Assembly: GCA_963812605.1 (NCBI GenBank)
Contig: CAWEWF010000001.1
Coordinates: 256,001 to 320,000 of the forward strand
DNA length: 64,000 nucleotides
Direction of reading: 5' to 3'
From: an uncultured Verrucomicrobiae bacterium
Lineage (GTDB): Bacteria > Verrucomicrobiota > Verrucomicrobiia > Palsa-1439
Shown here piece after piece: positions 53,773-64,000 of the stretch (position 1 is its first letter; every line of letters starts with the position of its first letter). A program made the translations under genes and the position numbers. The notes beneath the pieces were generated by a model, which saw only the letters and a program-made list of their open reading frames with translations, did no database searches and was not told the DNA's origin.

Positions 53773-55065
53773 ATGATTGCTTATTCAAAAAGGTTCGGCA
53801 TCGTTGGTGTGGCGCTTATCTGCCTGGCGATCACCTCCTGCCAAACAGTGTCTACATCTGAACAGGACCACGAATATCTGGAATCCCTGGCCCAAATTCT
53901 GCCGAAACCGCCGACGAATGGGCCGGCCCTGTGCCAGGGTAACTATCTCAAACCGGATCAGGGCAAAGCCGTGCTCGATGCGGCGTTGGCGCAGTTTCCC
54001 AATCGCCAATCATGGGATGCCTGCGCCCATCATGTGCGCGAACGCATCCAGCAGGGGGCGGGTCTCGCGCCGTGGCCGCGGCGCACCCCGCTGAATCCCA
54101 TTGTTCGCGCGCGGCGCGTCTATGACGGTTACACCGTCGAAAACGTCGCCTTCGAATCGGTACCGGGTTATTACGTCACCGGAAATCTTTTTCGTCCATT
54201 GAATGCAAAGCCGCCTTATGCGGCCGTCCTCGCGACCCACGGTCACGCCGGGAAAATCAACAAACCGGAAGACTATGACCACTACGCCCGTTTTGCGCCG
54301 TCCATGCAGGCGCGTTGCGCCGCGCTCGCGCGGATGGGTGCCGTCGTTTTGTCGGTCGATATGTTCGGCATGGGCGACTCCATTCTCGAAGTCGGTCAGG
54401 AGGCGCATCGGCATCCGTTCTCGATGACGATCCAGGCCTGGGACAACATGCGCGCGATTGATTTTCTGGCTTCGTTGGATGGAGTCGATCCACACCGCGT
54501 CGCAGTCACCGGCGAATCCGGTGGCGGCACGCAGGCTTTCCTGTTGACCGCGCTCGATTCGCGCGTGGCGGTCAGTGTGCCGGTCGTCATGGTGTCGGCG
54601 CATTTCTTCGGGGGTTGCCCGTGTGAGAGCGGGCTGCCGATTCATCGGAGCGCGGATCATTTCGCCAATAATGCCATGATTGCGGCGCTCGCCGCGCCGC
54701 GGCCCATGCTGGTCCTTTCCGATGGCAAGGATTGGACCGCCAACGTCCCAAAGGTCGAGTATCCATTCCTGCAAAAAATCTATGCGTACTATGGCGCGGA
54801 GGGAAATGTCATGAACGTCCATCTACCGGCGGAGGGACACGACTACGGGCCATCGAAGCGCGCCGCGATGTACCGTTTTATGGCCGAGCGGTTCGGACTG
54901 AATCTGACCGCGATCCAGGACTCCGCTGGAAAAATCGATGAATCCCGAATCACCATCAAGCACGCCGGGCCCATGCATGTTTTCAACGATGACTTCCCGC
55001 TGCCTGCACACGCGTTGCGTGAGGCAAGCGCGGTTGAGCGCGCGCTACGCAAACTCCAGCAGTGA
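53773..55065 (+). CDS. Alpha/beta-hydrolase lipoprotein, acetylxylan esterase-like
   Basis: Lipobox-like 'ITSC'; nucleophile 'TGESGGG'; 'APRP.L...DG.DW', 'GHDYG'. Confidence 0.85.
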   Translation: MIAYSKRFGIVGVALICLAITSCQTVSTSEQDHEYLESLAQILPKPPTNGPALCQGNYLKPDQGKAVLDAALAQFPNRQSWDACAHHVRERIQQGAGLAPWPRRTPLNPIVRARRVYDGYTVENVAFESVPGYYVTGNLFRPLNAKPPYAAVLATHGHAGKINKPEDYDHYARFAPSMQARCAALARMGAVVLSVDMFGMGDSILEVGQEAHRHPFSMTIQAWDNMRAIDFLASLDGVDPHRVAVTGESGGGTQAFLLTALDSRVAVSVPVVMVSAHFFGGCPCESGLPIHRSADHFANNAMIAALAAPRPMLVLSDGKDWTANVPKVEYPFLQKIYAYYGAEGNVMNVHLPAEGHDYGPSKRAAMYRFMAERFGLNLTAIQDSAGKIDESRITIKHAGPMHVFNDDFPLPAHALREASAVERALRKLQQ

Positions 55066-55150
55066 GCACCAGATTTCTTGCCTTTATGACGCCCTTTGCT
55101 TTACGCTCGCAACAGCTGCGAGTTAGCCGGCGACGGAAAGAGGATTTAGC

Positions 55151-56320
55151 ATGAATAGAATGAAAACAATCCTGATCATCACGTGGCTCACCGCATTGCC
55201 GGCATTTTGCCAGGCTGCAACTGGCGAGCTAACAGTCAAAGCGGTCAACCAACTGGAAATCGCCCGGGCCAGCCAGACGATTGAGTTATCAGCCGAACAA
55301 CTCGCCCCCCTGGGCGAAAAAGACCTGCGCAAAATCCACGTGAAAGACACCGACGGCAAGGAGCTGCTTTGCCAGGCGGTGGACACCGATGGCGACCATC
55401 ATCCCGACGAAGTGATTTTTCAGTCCGACTTTGCCGCGAGCGCGACCAACACTTTCACGGTTACGGTCGGCAAAAAATGGGACTACACGAAAGACCAGTT
55501 CAAGGCGTATGGACGCTTTGTGCGGGAGCGTTTCGATGATTTCGCCTGGGAAAATGACCGCATGGCCCATCGGACCTACGGCCCGGCCCTGGAAACCTGG
55601 AAGGAAGAGCCGTTGACCAGTAGCGCCATCGATGTCTGGGTCAAGCGGGTTCCCTACCTGGTGATCAACGGCTGGTACCTGCTGGAGAACTATCACCTCG
55701 ACCACGGCGAAGGCGCTGATTTCTATTCGGCCGGCACCACTCGCGGCAACGGTGGCGACGGTCTTTGGGCCGGCGACAAACTTTGGGTATCCAGGAACTT
55801 CGTCAACTCCCGCGTCCTGGCCTGTGGCCCCATCCGCGTGCTGTTTGAATTGACCTACGAGCCCTTCGATGTCAATGGGACGAAGGTCTCCGAAGTCCGG
55901 CGCATCAGCCTCGATGCCGGTCAGAATCTGGATCGCTATCAAGTTCGCTACAAACCGGAACAGCCGGTGGAATTGACCGTGGGCATCGGCATCAAAAAGA
56001 AAGACGTGACGCAGACCGATGCGAATACCAATCGTTGTTCATTCACCACCTGGGAACAGTTGCGGGACGACAAGCTGGGGCAAAGCCATCTCGGCCAGGC
56101 AATTGTCCTCGATCCGAAACTGTTGGTGAAAACGGCCGAGGACAAATTGAACTACCTCGTGCTCGCGAAAACGTCCAAGGACAACCGCATCTCCTACTGG
56201 GCCGGGTTTGGTTGGGACAAGAGCGGCCAGTTTGCCGACTACGATTCCTGGAAGGCGTACACAGACCAATTTGCGCAAGGCGCGCTCTCACCAATCGAGG
56301 TCAGTGTGTCCGGCGATTGA
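55151..56320 (+). CDS. DUF4861 family secreted protein
   Basis: 'ER.DDFAWEND..A.R.YG', 'IDVW.K', 'YH.D.GEG.D.Y', 'YWAG.GWDK'. Confidence 0.85.
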   Translation: MNRMKTILIITWLTALPAFCQAATGELTVKAVNQLEIARASQTIELSAEQLAPLGEKDLRKIHVKDTDGKELLCQAVDTDGDHHPDEVIFQSDFAASATNTFTVTVGKKWDYTKDQFKAYGRFVRERFDDFAWENDRMAHRTYGPALETWKEEPLTSSAIDVWVKRVPYLVINGWYLLENYHLDHGEGADFYSAGTTRGNGGDGLWAGDKLWVSRNFVNSRVLACGPIRVLFELTYEPFDVNGTKVSEVRRISLDAGQNLDRYQVRYKPEQPVELTVGIGIKKKDVTQTDANTNRCSFTTWEQLRDDKLGQSHLGQAIVLDPKLLVKTAEDKLNYLVLAKTSKDNRISYWAGFGWDKSGQFADYDSWKAYTDQFAQGALSPIEVSVSGD

Positions 56321-56327
56321 CTCGACT

Positions 56328-57557
56328 ATGAAAGGCAACTTCACTTTCCGTTTTCGACTTCTCCTCGGTGCGCTCCTCCTTGTGGCCCCGGTTCTACGGG
56401 CTGCTGATGGCTCGCTGCCGCGTGAGTTTGTGGGGAACACTCCGTTGCAGTGGTCGGTCCACATGGCGGATTCGGAGATGGCCCGCCGCGGTGACAGCCT
56501 GGCCTGGAAGGAAGGCGGCTCTGCTAAATGGGATTACACCACGGGCTTGTTTACGCTTTCACTCGTCAAACTCAACGAGCGGCTCGATGATCCTCGCTAC
56601 CTGGCGTTTGCGGAAGACACCATCGGCTCATTCATTTCGGCGGACGGCACAATTCGCGGATATAAGTTTGAGGAATACAGCCTCGACAACATCAATCCGG
56701 GCAGGACCGTGCTGGCGCTCTACCGGATCACAAAGGAGGAACGGTACAAGAAAGCGGTCGATCTCTTGCGCAAGCAACTCGATTTTCAACCGCGCACCGC
56801 GGACGGCGGTTTCTGGCACAAACAACGATACGCGCACCAAATGTGGCTGGATGGCCTTTACATGGCGTTGCCGTTTTATGCCGAATACACGAAACTTTTC
56901 AATGAGCCGACCGCTACGTTCGACGACGTGGCGAAGCAGATTCGTCTCATGGCTGCGCACACGTACGACCCGAAGAGCGGCCTCTTCTACCACGGCTGGG
57001 ATGAGAAGAAGGCGCAGACCTGGGCCGACAAAACCACCGGTGCTTCCCCGAGTTTCTGGGGTCGCGCCATTGGCTGGTATGGCATGGCGCTGGTGGATGT
57101 GCTCGATTATTTCCCGAAAGACCATCCCGCCCGTCCGGAGATCATCGCCACGTTAAAGAAACTTTGCGACGGCGTCGTGAAACACCAGGATGCAGACAGC
57201 GGGTTGTGGTGGCAGGTTGTTGATAAGGGTGGCCAACCGGGCAATTACCTGGAAGCCACTGCGTCGAGCATGTTCGTGTACACGATGGCCAAGGGCGTGA
57301 ACCAGGGCTACCTTCCCCGTGACTACGTGCCGTCAATCGTGAAGGGCTATAGCGGCATCACGGGAAAACTTATCAAGACGGACGCCAGGGGCGGTGTCTC
57401 GCTGACGCAGTGCTGCTCCGTGGCCGGCCTTGGCGCGGGCCGCGATGGATCGTTCGCGTATTACATCAAAGAACCCATCGTGGATAACGACCTCAAAGGC
57501 GTCGGCCCATTCATTCTTGCCGGCCTCGAAGTGCAGCAGCTTATTAGCGGGCAATAG
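56328..57557 (+). CDS. GH105 unsaturated rhamnogalacturonyl hydrolase (YteR-like)
   Basis: 'WDY..G', 'LDNINPG', 'GGFWHK..Y..QMWLDGLYM', 'WGRAIGW'. Confidence 0.93.
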   Translation: MKGNFTFRFRLLLGALLLVAPVLRAADGSLPREFVGNTPLQWSVHMADSEMARRGDSLAWKEGGSAKWDYTTGLFTLSLVKLNERLDDPRYLAFAEDTIGSFISADGTIRGYKFEEYSLDNINPGRTVLALYRITKEERYKKAVDLLRKQLDFQPRTADGGFWHKQRYAHQMWLDGLYMALPFYAEYTKLFNEPTATFDDVAKQIRLMAAHTYDPKSGLFYHGWDEKKAQTWADKTTGASPSFWGRAIGWYGMALVDVLDYFPKDHPARPEIIATLKKLCDGVVKHQDADSGLWWQVVDKGGQPGNYLEATASSMFVYTMAKGVNQGYLPRDYVPSIVKGYSGITGKLIKTDARGGVSLTQCCSVAGLGAGRDGSFAYYIKEPIVDNDLKGVGPFILAGLEVQQLISGQ

Positions 57558-57561
57558 CGGA

Positions 57562-58428
57562 TCATTGCGCTGCTGCGAGCCTGGTCACGACATCGGAAAA
57601 ACTGTTCACGACTGCCGCGAGATTCCTGATCAATTCCTGGCCGCTGGCTGGCGCAGTTTGTACACAGAAAGCGCCCTTGAACTTTTGTTGTGCCAGTTCT
57701 TTCAGGACTTCTGAAACGGCGGCGGTTTCCTGCGGACCGCTGCTGTCTTTGAGGTGAACTTCGAAAATGCGGCCTTTCAGTTTGCGGATACAATCCACGG
57801 GATCCTGGCCGGCGCGACGCCACTCAACAATATCGGCGCAGACGCCGATGCGCATGGAACGCTCCTGGACGGCCAGAAGCAGCGCATCACCGTCGGGATA
57901 TGGCGGGGATCCCGGCTGGTTCAGGATGGCAATGTTGATTTGATATTCGGTGGCGAGTTTATCCAACATCTCCAACGAATCGCTGGAAGGCGTGCCGATG
58001 ACATTTTTCACCTTAAGGCCCTTGGCGAATTCAAAGACCTTGCGCGCGTCAGCTTCGTTGTGGCCGAATTCCGTGACACCGTAGCTGACGATGTCAAGGT
58101 GATCCTCCTTCAGTTTGGCGTTGAGCATCTCGAGATTTGCCGGTGCCATGCCCGGTCCGACTTTGACGTCCGCGTGGTCCGGCGACAGCGGCTGGCCCGA
58201 AGCCAATTCCAAGTGGTGAAAGCCGTTCGTATGCAAGATATCGAGCATCTCCATGGCGGTGAGATCATGAAACGTTGAAGATTGACACAACAGTTGCCAC
58301 GAGAGTTTTTTAAGACCCGCATGGTCGATATGAATTGCGGGTGGATTTGTTCCGGCGGGTTCCGCAGCGTGCGCCGCGGCACAGATTAGCAGCAAGGCGG
58401 CAATGGCGGGAAGTCGCATGGGAAGCAT
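57562..58428 (-). CDS. Secreted sugar phosphate isomerase/epimerase-like TIM-barrel protein
   Basis: Signal peptide; 'FEFAK.L', 'G.CAD...W.R.G.DP', 'HLKD'; several metal ligands look degenerate. Confidence 0.75.
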   Translation of the reverse strand: MLPMRLPAIAALLLICAAAHAAEPAGTNPPAIHIDHAGLKKLSWQLLCQSSTFHDLTAMEMLDILHTNGFHHLELASGQPLSPDHADVKVGPGMAPANLEMLNAKLKEDHLDIVSYGVTEFGHNEADARKVFEFAKGLKVKNVIGTPSSDSLEMLDKLATEYQINIAILNQPGSPPYPDGDALLLAVQERSMRIGVCADIVEWRRAGQDPVDCIRKLKGRIFEVHLKDSSGPQETAAVSEVLKELAQQKFKGAFCVQTAPASGQELIRNLAAVVNSFSDVVTRLAAAQ

Positions 58429-58563
58429 GGTTGAAGAAGAGAGCGGCCGAGTCAAGAGCCAAAGCCCATTGATGCTACGCGTTTTTGCTCCAAATAGGTT
58501 TGCACCAGCCCGAGTCTTCGCGTTAGGAAACAGGAAGCTTCAACAGACGGGAGTTGATCCATC

Positions 58564-60192
58564 ATGAAACGCATACTGACAGTTTGCCTCGGCTTCTTCC
58601 TGACTGGAGGGTTCATCGCGACGCCGCTTCTTGCGGCTGTTTTCGACGTCAAAACGTTCGGCGCTCTGGGCGACGGCAAGACGGTGGATACAGCCGCGAT
58701 CAATAAAGCCATCGATGCCGCGCATGCGGCTGGTGGCGGCACGGTGCAATTTCCGCCTGGCACGTATCGGAGCTTTTCGATTCATCTTCAAAGCAACATC
58801 GCGTTGTACCTCGAGCACGGCGCGACGATCCAAGCCGCCGACACACCACCGGAGGGCGGCGGTGATTACGATCCGCCGGAGACAAACCAGTGGGATAAGT
58901 ACGAGGATTTTGGGCACAGCCATTGGCACAACAGCCTGATCTGGGGAGAAAACCTGGAGAACGTTTCCATCATCGGCCCTGGACTGATTTATGGCAAGGG
59001 ACTCAGTTCGGGTGCCAGTGCCCGCACCCGCGCGTACGCAGCCAGCCATCCTCGTAGTGCCGCGCATGCTGATGGTGACCGGAATGAGTATCCCAATCCG
59101 CGTGACACATTGGAGGCGGGTATTGGCAACAAATCCATCGCCCTTAAGAATTGCCACAATGTCATCCTTCGGGATTTTTCAATCCTGCACGGCGGCCATT
59201 TCGCCATCCTCGCGACCGGTGTGGACAATCTCACCATCGACAACCTTAAGATCGACACCAATCGTGACGGTATGGATATCGATTGCTGCCGCAATGTGCG
59301 CGTGTCGAATTGCAGCGTGAATTCGCCGTGGGATGACGCCATCTGCCCGAAGAGTTGTTACGCTTTGGGCTACCTCCGGCCGACGGAGAACCTCACCATC
59401 ATGAATTGTTTCGTCACCGGAGGCTACGAGGAAGGGACACTGCTCGACGGTACCTACAAACGGTTCACCGGGATGGAAACCAACCGGATCGGCCATACCG
59501 GTCGCATCAAGTGTGGGACGGAATCCAACGGCGGCTTTAAGAACATCACCATCGCCAATTGCGTCTTCGATTATTGCGGCGGGCTGGCCCTGGAAAGCGT
59601 CGATGGCGCCGTCATGGAGGATGTGACCATCGACAACATCGCCATGCGCGACATCGTGAACTCGCCGATCTTTATCCGACTCGGCAACCGCGCACGTGGC
59701 CCGGACAATCCGCCCGTCGGCGTCATCCGCCGCGTCAACATCAGCAATATCGTTTGCTCCAATTCCAATTGGCAACTGGGCTCGATCATCAGCGGCATCC
59801 CCGATCATCCCATCGAAGACGTGCATATCAGCAACGTCCACTTTGTTTATCAGGGAGGTGGCACGAATGACGATGCGGCTATCGATCCTCCCGAGAAGGA
59901 AAAGGCCTACCCCGAGCCCACCATGTTCGGCACGATGCCATCTTACGGTTTTTTTGTTCGCCATGTGAAAGACCTTGAAATGGACTACATCGATGTGAGT
60001 TACGTGAAGGCCGAGGCGCGTCCCGCGATTGTGCTCAAGGATGTGGACGGGGCGGACTTTGACCGCGTGAAGGCGCAATGGAGGCCGAGGACGCCGTTTT
60101 TTGATTTGCGCAATGTCAGGCATTTCAGGTTGCACAACTGTCCGGGGCTGACCGATACAAATCGTGTAACAGTCGAGAGTGACTCATTTTGA
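58564..60192 (+). CDS. GH28 polygalacturonase-like glycoside hydrolase
   Basis: 'FGA.GDG...DT.AIN.AI', 'NRDG.DID', 'DDAICPKS', 'IKCGTESNGGF'. Confidence 0.92.
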   Translation: MKRILTVCLGFFLTGGFIATPLLAAVFDVKTFGALGDGKTVDTAAINKAIDAAHAAGGGTVQFPPGTYRSFSIHLQSNIALYLEHGATIQAADTPPEGGGDYDPPETNQWDKYEDFGHSHWHNSLIWGENLENVSIIGPGLIYGKGLSSGASARTRAYAASHPRSAAHADGDRNEYPNPRDTLEAGIGNKSIALKNCHNVILRDFSILHGGHFAILATGVDNLTIDNLKIDTNRDGMDIDCCRNVRVSNCSVNSPWDDAICPKSCYALGYLRPTENLTIMNCFVTGGYEEGTLLDGTYKRFTGMETNRIGHTGRIKCGTESNGGFKNITIANCVFDYCGGLALESVDGAVMEDVTIDNIAMRDIVNSPIFIRLGNRARGPDNPPVGVIRRVNISNIVCSNSNWQLGSIISGIPDHPIEDVHISNVHFVYQGGGTNDDAAIDPPEKEKAYPEPTMFGTMPSYGFFVRHVKDLEMDYIDVSYVKAEARPAIVLKDVDGADFDRVKAQWRPRTPFFDLRNVRHFRLHNCPGLTDTNRVTVESDSF

Positions 60193-60199
60193 CCGTCCG

Positions 60200-61240
60200 T
60201 TACGGACGCGTATGTCCACTGCGCAAGGCCGCCTCGAGTTGCTGCATATCTTTTGGCAGCGCGGCTGTCCAGGTCATTCGGATTTCGGCTTTGGCCGGAT
60301 GGTCCAGGGTCAGGATTTCGGCATGCAACGCCTGGCGCGGGAAATCAATGCGCGAGGTTTTTGGGGCGTCGCCGTGATACTTGGGGTGATAGGTGCGGTC
60401 GCCCAACAACGGTAGCCCGGCATGGGCGGCCTGGGCGCGGATTTGGTGTTTGCGCCCTGTTTCGAGCCGCAACCGCAGCTTGGTGACGACTTCCTTGCCG
60501 CCAGCGAGCTTGAATTCCTTGATCACTTCGTAATGGGTGATTGCTTCGGTGGCCTCCTCACCGGCGGTTTTGGCTTCCACGTCGGAAATGACGAACTGCC
60601 TAAGCTCGTCATCGCGCAGTCGCAACCAATTCCGCCAGGTGCCTTTCGCCTGCGGCGCGCGGCCTTCCACGTAGGCCACATACTCCCGTTTCATCGTGCG
60701 CGTCTGCAACTGATTGATCAGGTGCTGCCGTGCGGCCGGATTCATCGCCATGCAGAAAACGCCGCTCGTGTACTGGTCGAGCCGGTGCACCGGCAGGGGC
60801 TCCAACCGGCGATAAGCGGGCGGCAGCGAATAGCCGCGTCCATCGAGTCCGCGGTCATAAGCGCGCAATTTGCCATCGAGAAAATCAGCGAGGATACTGA
60901 GCGCCGAAAGATCGCCGTGCTCCGCCGGTACGGAAAGCAGGCCCGGCCCCTTGTTGACGACGGCGAGCGCCGCGTCCAGGTAAAGCACCGCGACGCGCGG
61001 ATGAATTTGCCACCCGGCGGCGCCGCAATCCAGCGCTGTGGCGCGACGGTCGAGAAGTTCCAATCCGTTTTGCGGGTCGGGAATCGATTGGTTGGGCAGG
61101 CGCACGATGACCCCGTTTATGCTCACGCGCCCCGCCGTGATCCATTGCTTGGCCCGTTTCTTCGGCGTGTCCGGATATTTCCGCAGCAACCACTCCAGCA
61201 GCGGCCGTTTCGACTGTTCCGTGGAATCTTTCGTTGTCAT
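60200..61240 (-). CDS. RluA-family pseudouridine synthase with S4-like N-terminus
   Basis: 'VNK..GLLS', 'VHRLD..TSG', 'LETGRKHQIR', 'QALHA'. Confidence 0.93.
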   Translation of the reverse strand: MTTKDSTEQSKRPLLEWLLRKYPDTPKKRAKQWITAGRVSINGVIVRLPNQSIPDPQNGLELLDRRATALDCGAAGWQIHPRVAVLYLDAALAVVNKGPGLLSVPAEHGDLSALSILADFLDGKLRAYDRGLDGRGYSLPPAYRRLEPLPVHRLDQYTSGVFCMAMNPAARQHLINQLQTRTMKREYVAYVEGRAPQAKGTWRNWLRLRDDELRQFVISDVEAKTAGEEATEAITHYEVIKEFKLAGGKEVVTKLRLRLETGRKHQIRAQAAHAGLPLLGDRTYHPKYHGDAPKTSRIDFPRQALHAEILTLDHPAKAEIRMTWTAALPKDMQQLEAALRSGHTRP

Positions 61241-61536
61241 TTGTCCAAGGACACGCGCCGCCGCGCGGGATCTGCCGGTTCGCGATACAGCACCGTTACA
61301 TGGCCGACAATCCAGACCAGTTCGCTATGGGTGCGGGCGGCCATCTCGGCGGCTAGAGATTTTCTTTCCCCTTTGAAGGCGGCGAACTTGATCTTGATGA
61401 GTTCGTGGTCGTTTAGCGCTTGCTCGACACTGGCCAGGAAGGCATCGGTCAATCCCGCCTTGCCGAGGTGCAGGACGGGATCGAGCCGCTGCGCCAGCTT
61501 TTTTAATTTCCGAAGCTGTGGATTGGACAGGCCCAT
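61237..61536 (-). CDS. yhbY: YhbY (CRM domain) RNA-binding protein
   Basis: 'L.P...LGK.GL', 'AL..HELIKIK', 'VG..VLYR'. Confidence 0.92.
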   Translation of the reverse strand: MGLSNPQLRKLKKLAQRLDPVLHLGKAGLTDAFLASVEQALNDHELIKIKFAAFKGERKSLAAEMAARTHSELVWIVGHVTVLYREPADPARRRVSLDK

Positions 61537-61584
61537 GTCGCGGACTACTCTAGATTGTTTCCGCGTGGAAAGGTACAATGAATT

Positions 61585-62642
61585 ATGAGCGACAGCCCGG
61601 CGCCCGAGCCAGTTCCCGCTCCCGCCACACAAACGGCGCGTCCGCTATTCCGGAAAAAATCCGCGGCGCTTCGAAGACAAATACAAGGAACGCAATCCCG
61701 AGCTTTACCCCGAGGCCGTCGCGAAAGTCCTCGCTTCCGGCAAAACGCCCGCCGGCACGCACCGGCCGATCATGGTGGCGGAGATTCTCGAGGTGTTGAA
61801 TCCGCAGCCAGGCGAAGTCGCTGTGGACGGCACGCTGGGTTACGGCGGTCACGCGCGCGAACTGTTGGCAAAGCTGCAGCCCGGGGGACGTGCTCATCGG
61901 GCTGGATGTCGATCCCATCGAGTTGCCGAAAGCGGAGGCGCGGTTGCGCGCGCTCGGGTTTGGACCCGAAATCTTCGTGGCCTACCGCAGCAATTTTGCC
62001 GGACTCCCCAAGGTACTCGCTGCCGAACAACTCGCCGGGTCGATATGGTCCTCGCTGACCTCGGCGTTTCGTCGATGCAACTTGATGATCCGGGACGCGG
62101 CTTTTCAGCCAAGTTTGCGGGCCCGCTCGATATGCGGATGAACCCGTAGCGCGGTCAGCCTGCCTCCGTGATACTGCAGCGGACCAGCGCCGAGGGCCTC
62201 GCCATCCTCCTGAAGGAAAACGCTGATGAACCGCAAGCCGCCGTGCTGGCCGGAGTTCTCGCCGGGCAGGCGTTTCCCACCACGACCGCGCTGGCCCACG
62301 ACCATCCGCAGCGCTCTGCTGCGCAAAGTGGTGGATGACGAGATCGAGAATTCGATTCGCCGCGTCTTCCAGGCGCTGCGCATTGCCGTGAATGATGAAT
62401 TCTCCGCGCTCGACAGTTTCCTGCGAAATCTCCCCGCTTGTCTCAACCCCGGGGGCCGCGTCGCCATCCTGACGTTCCATTCCGGCGAAGACCGGCGCGT
62501 CAAGAAGGCTTTTGAGGCCGGTTTACGCGACGGTCTCTACGCCGACATCGCCCGGGAAATAATTCGCCCCGCGCCCGCGGAACGCCACGACAACCCGCGT
62601 TCCAGTTCGGCCAAACTCCGCTGGGCGCGCAGGGCGGGATGA
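61585..62642 (+). pseudogene. rsmH: RsmH (MraW)-like methyltransferase, disrupted by several frameshifts and an in-frame TAG (real or sequencing error)
   Basis: 'H.PIM..E', 'DGTLGYGGH', '[10 protein letters not shown]...RGFS', 'PLDMRM', 'FQALRI.VN.E', 'FHSGEDR', 'NPRS.SAKLR' spread over several frames. Confidence 0.7.
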
Positions 62643-62678
62643 CATTGGACGGGTAAGATACGGCGCGAAGAACGTAAG

Positions 62679-63225
62679 TTAGAACTTCAATGTCGTATCG
62701 ATTTGGAAACCGATGGACTGATGGCTATTGGGCATGAGCGGAACGACGTTGGTACCCGCGTCATCCCCGAACCGATCTTCGACAAAGGCCGCCACGCCGA
62801 GGCGCCACCAGTTGCGAACATTGTAATTGGCCTTCAGCACCTGCGAGCGGCGGTCCGAAAGAGTCAGTCCCGAGTTGGCATCCGCTATCGCCTGCCAGCA
62901 AGTATCCATCGTCATCAACTTGCGGTGATAGGCCAGTTGCCATTGACCCTGTAGTTCGCCATCGCCAAAGGCGACGCCGGCTGACCAACCCGTCTATCTG
63001 ATCCAACGCCAACGGCAGGTTCCATTCACCTGACTGCAAATAATCCTCTCGTGCAGTATTCACATAGTCGCCACTTAAGGTTAGGACGCTCTGGGTGCGA
63101 AAAAATGGTTTGTCCGAAAGCGTGGTTTTGAAGGCAGGTGTCGTATCATCTGTTTGTGCATTTATTGCCAGGGTGGCTACAAAACAGATGGAACAGGCCA
63201 CAATTGAAATAGCCAGTTTTCTCAT
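62679..63225 (-). CDS. Secreted hypothetical protein ending in Phe (possible outer-membrane beta protein), frameshifted
   Basis: Signal peptide MRKLAISIVAC; second frame ends '...IGFQIDTTLKF*'. Confidence 0.5.
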
Positions 63226-63283
63226 AAATTCCAACTAATCTTAGCATATAGACGGCCGCTGTCCACCGTTGGATAAAAAGTAG

Positions 63284-63311
63284 TTGACTAGTTAGTCAAA
63301 TGGGATATAAG
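63284..63311 (+). promoter_or_regulatory. TetR-type operator overlapping the promoter
   Basis: Perfect IR TTGACTA-GT-TAGTCAA (63284-63299) covering -35 TTGACT; TATAAG at 63306-63311. Confidence 0.75.
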
Positions 63312-63356
63312 TTTTTCTCGTCGTAAAACTGGGTCGGAAATCGAGAGGAGCACATT

Positions 63357-63963
63357 ATGGGACGCGTTAGCGATGCGAGGGAGAAGTTGATGGAGGCAGT
63401 AATGGCTGTCACCACACGGGCTCTTACGGTAGTACCACCATCGACCATATCTGTGAGAAGGCGGGCGTAAAGAAGGGGAGCTTCGATTATTTTTTCGACT
63501 CAAAATCAGACCTGGCGATTGCCGCCGTGGAAGCGAGTTTTAAGAGGAGCGTAAACAATCCGACGCGATTTTTTCTTCCGCACTTCCTCCGCTGGAACGA
63601 ATCCATGAAATGTGCGAGTACCTCCTCCAACGACAAGGTGAACTTCAGAAGAAACACGGGAAAGTGCTTGGCTGCCCGCTGCATTCCATCGGCTCCGAGG
63701 TCAGCACGGAAGAGCCGGAACTCTGCGCCAAGATCCAGGAGATCATGGTTCATCATCGAAAGTATCTGGAGTCAACCATTCGCGAGGCGCACGCACAGGG
63801 GCTGATCCATGCGCCCGATCCGGCGCGAAGGCGGAGATGGTGTTTGCGTATTATGAAGGACTGCTGACGCACGCCCGTATCGATAACGACCTTTCGGTGC
63901 TCAACGAGATGGAAGAGGGGAATGATGTCGCTATTGGGACTCAAGGAAACCGCTTCGACCTGA
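63357..63963 (+). pseudogene. TetR/AcrR family regulator, multiply frameshifted (real or sequencing error)
   Basis: RBS GAGGAG; 'MGRVSDAREKLMEA', 'SYGSTTIDHICEKAGVKKGSF.YFFDSK.DL', C-domain 'GCP...IG.E'; end approximate. Confidence 0.7.
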
Positions 63964-64000
63964 GGAGATTCATTATTCAGAGAGCAAACGTATGAAAAAT

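Noticed and set aside
62147-62149. Amber recoding or suppression (TAG read as Gln)
   Set aside because: The tRNA anticodon is CTG, not CTA, and TAG terminates normal genes here such as dnaN.

Overview
A GC-rich bacterial chromosome segment starting at the replication origin (dnaA 3' end, putative oriC, dnaN). Gene style (GloVer and ELWxxDGT repeat proteins, H-X9-DG prepilin-like protein, '...FYR' modules) suggests Verrucomicrobiota; this is an inference. After dnaN lies tRNA-Gln(CTG), whose 3' 25 bp recur at 11324-11348, bounding a ~9.2 kb integrase-less island of surface and glycan genes. Next come a di-heme DHOR-family protein, a 7-gene MoxR/DUF58/BatA/DUF4159/transglutaminase operon, a Na+/H+ antiporter, a SWIM-SNF2 helicase, an ABC-F protein, a Phd-VapC toxin-antitoxin pair, prfC and a sialidase-like protein. 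An AT-richer 4-gene module follows (FRG -> TIM-barrel-like >< PD-(D/E)xK nuclease <- RHH); it is the best candidate here for an undescribed anti-phage system. The rest holds a REP-like hairpin cluster, LemA-TPM-TPM, a giant PQQ-propeller-like/PKD secreted protein, pqqBCDE with a 31-aa pqqA (absent from the ORF track) on the opposite strand, a pectin-degradation cluster, an RluA-family synthase, yhbY, a disrupted rsmH-like gene and a disrupted TetR gene. Many genes at 17-44.5 kb and beyond 61.5 kb carry single-base frameshifts, probably consensus errors. All family calls come from motif recognition by eye; no searches were run.
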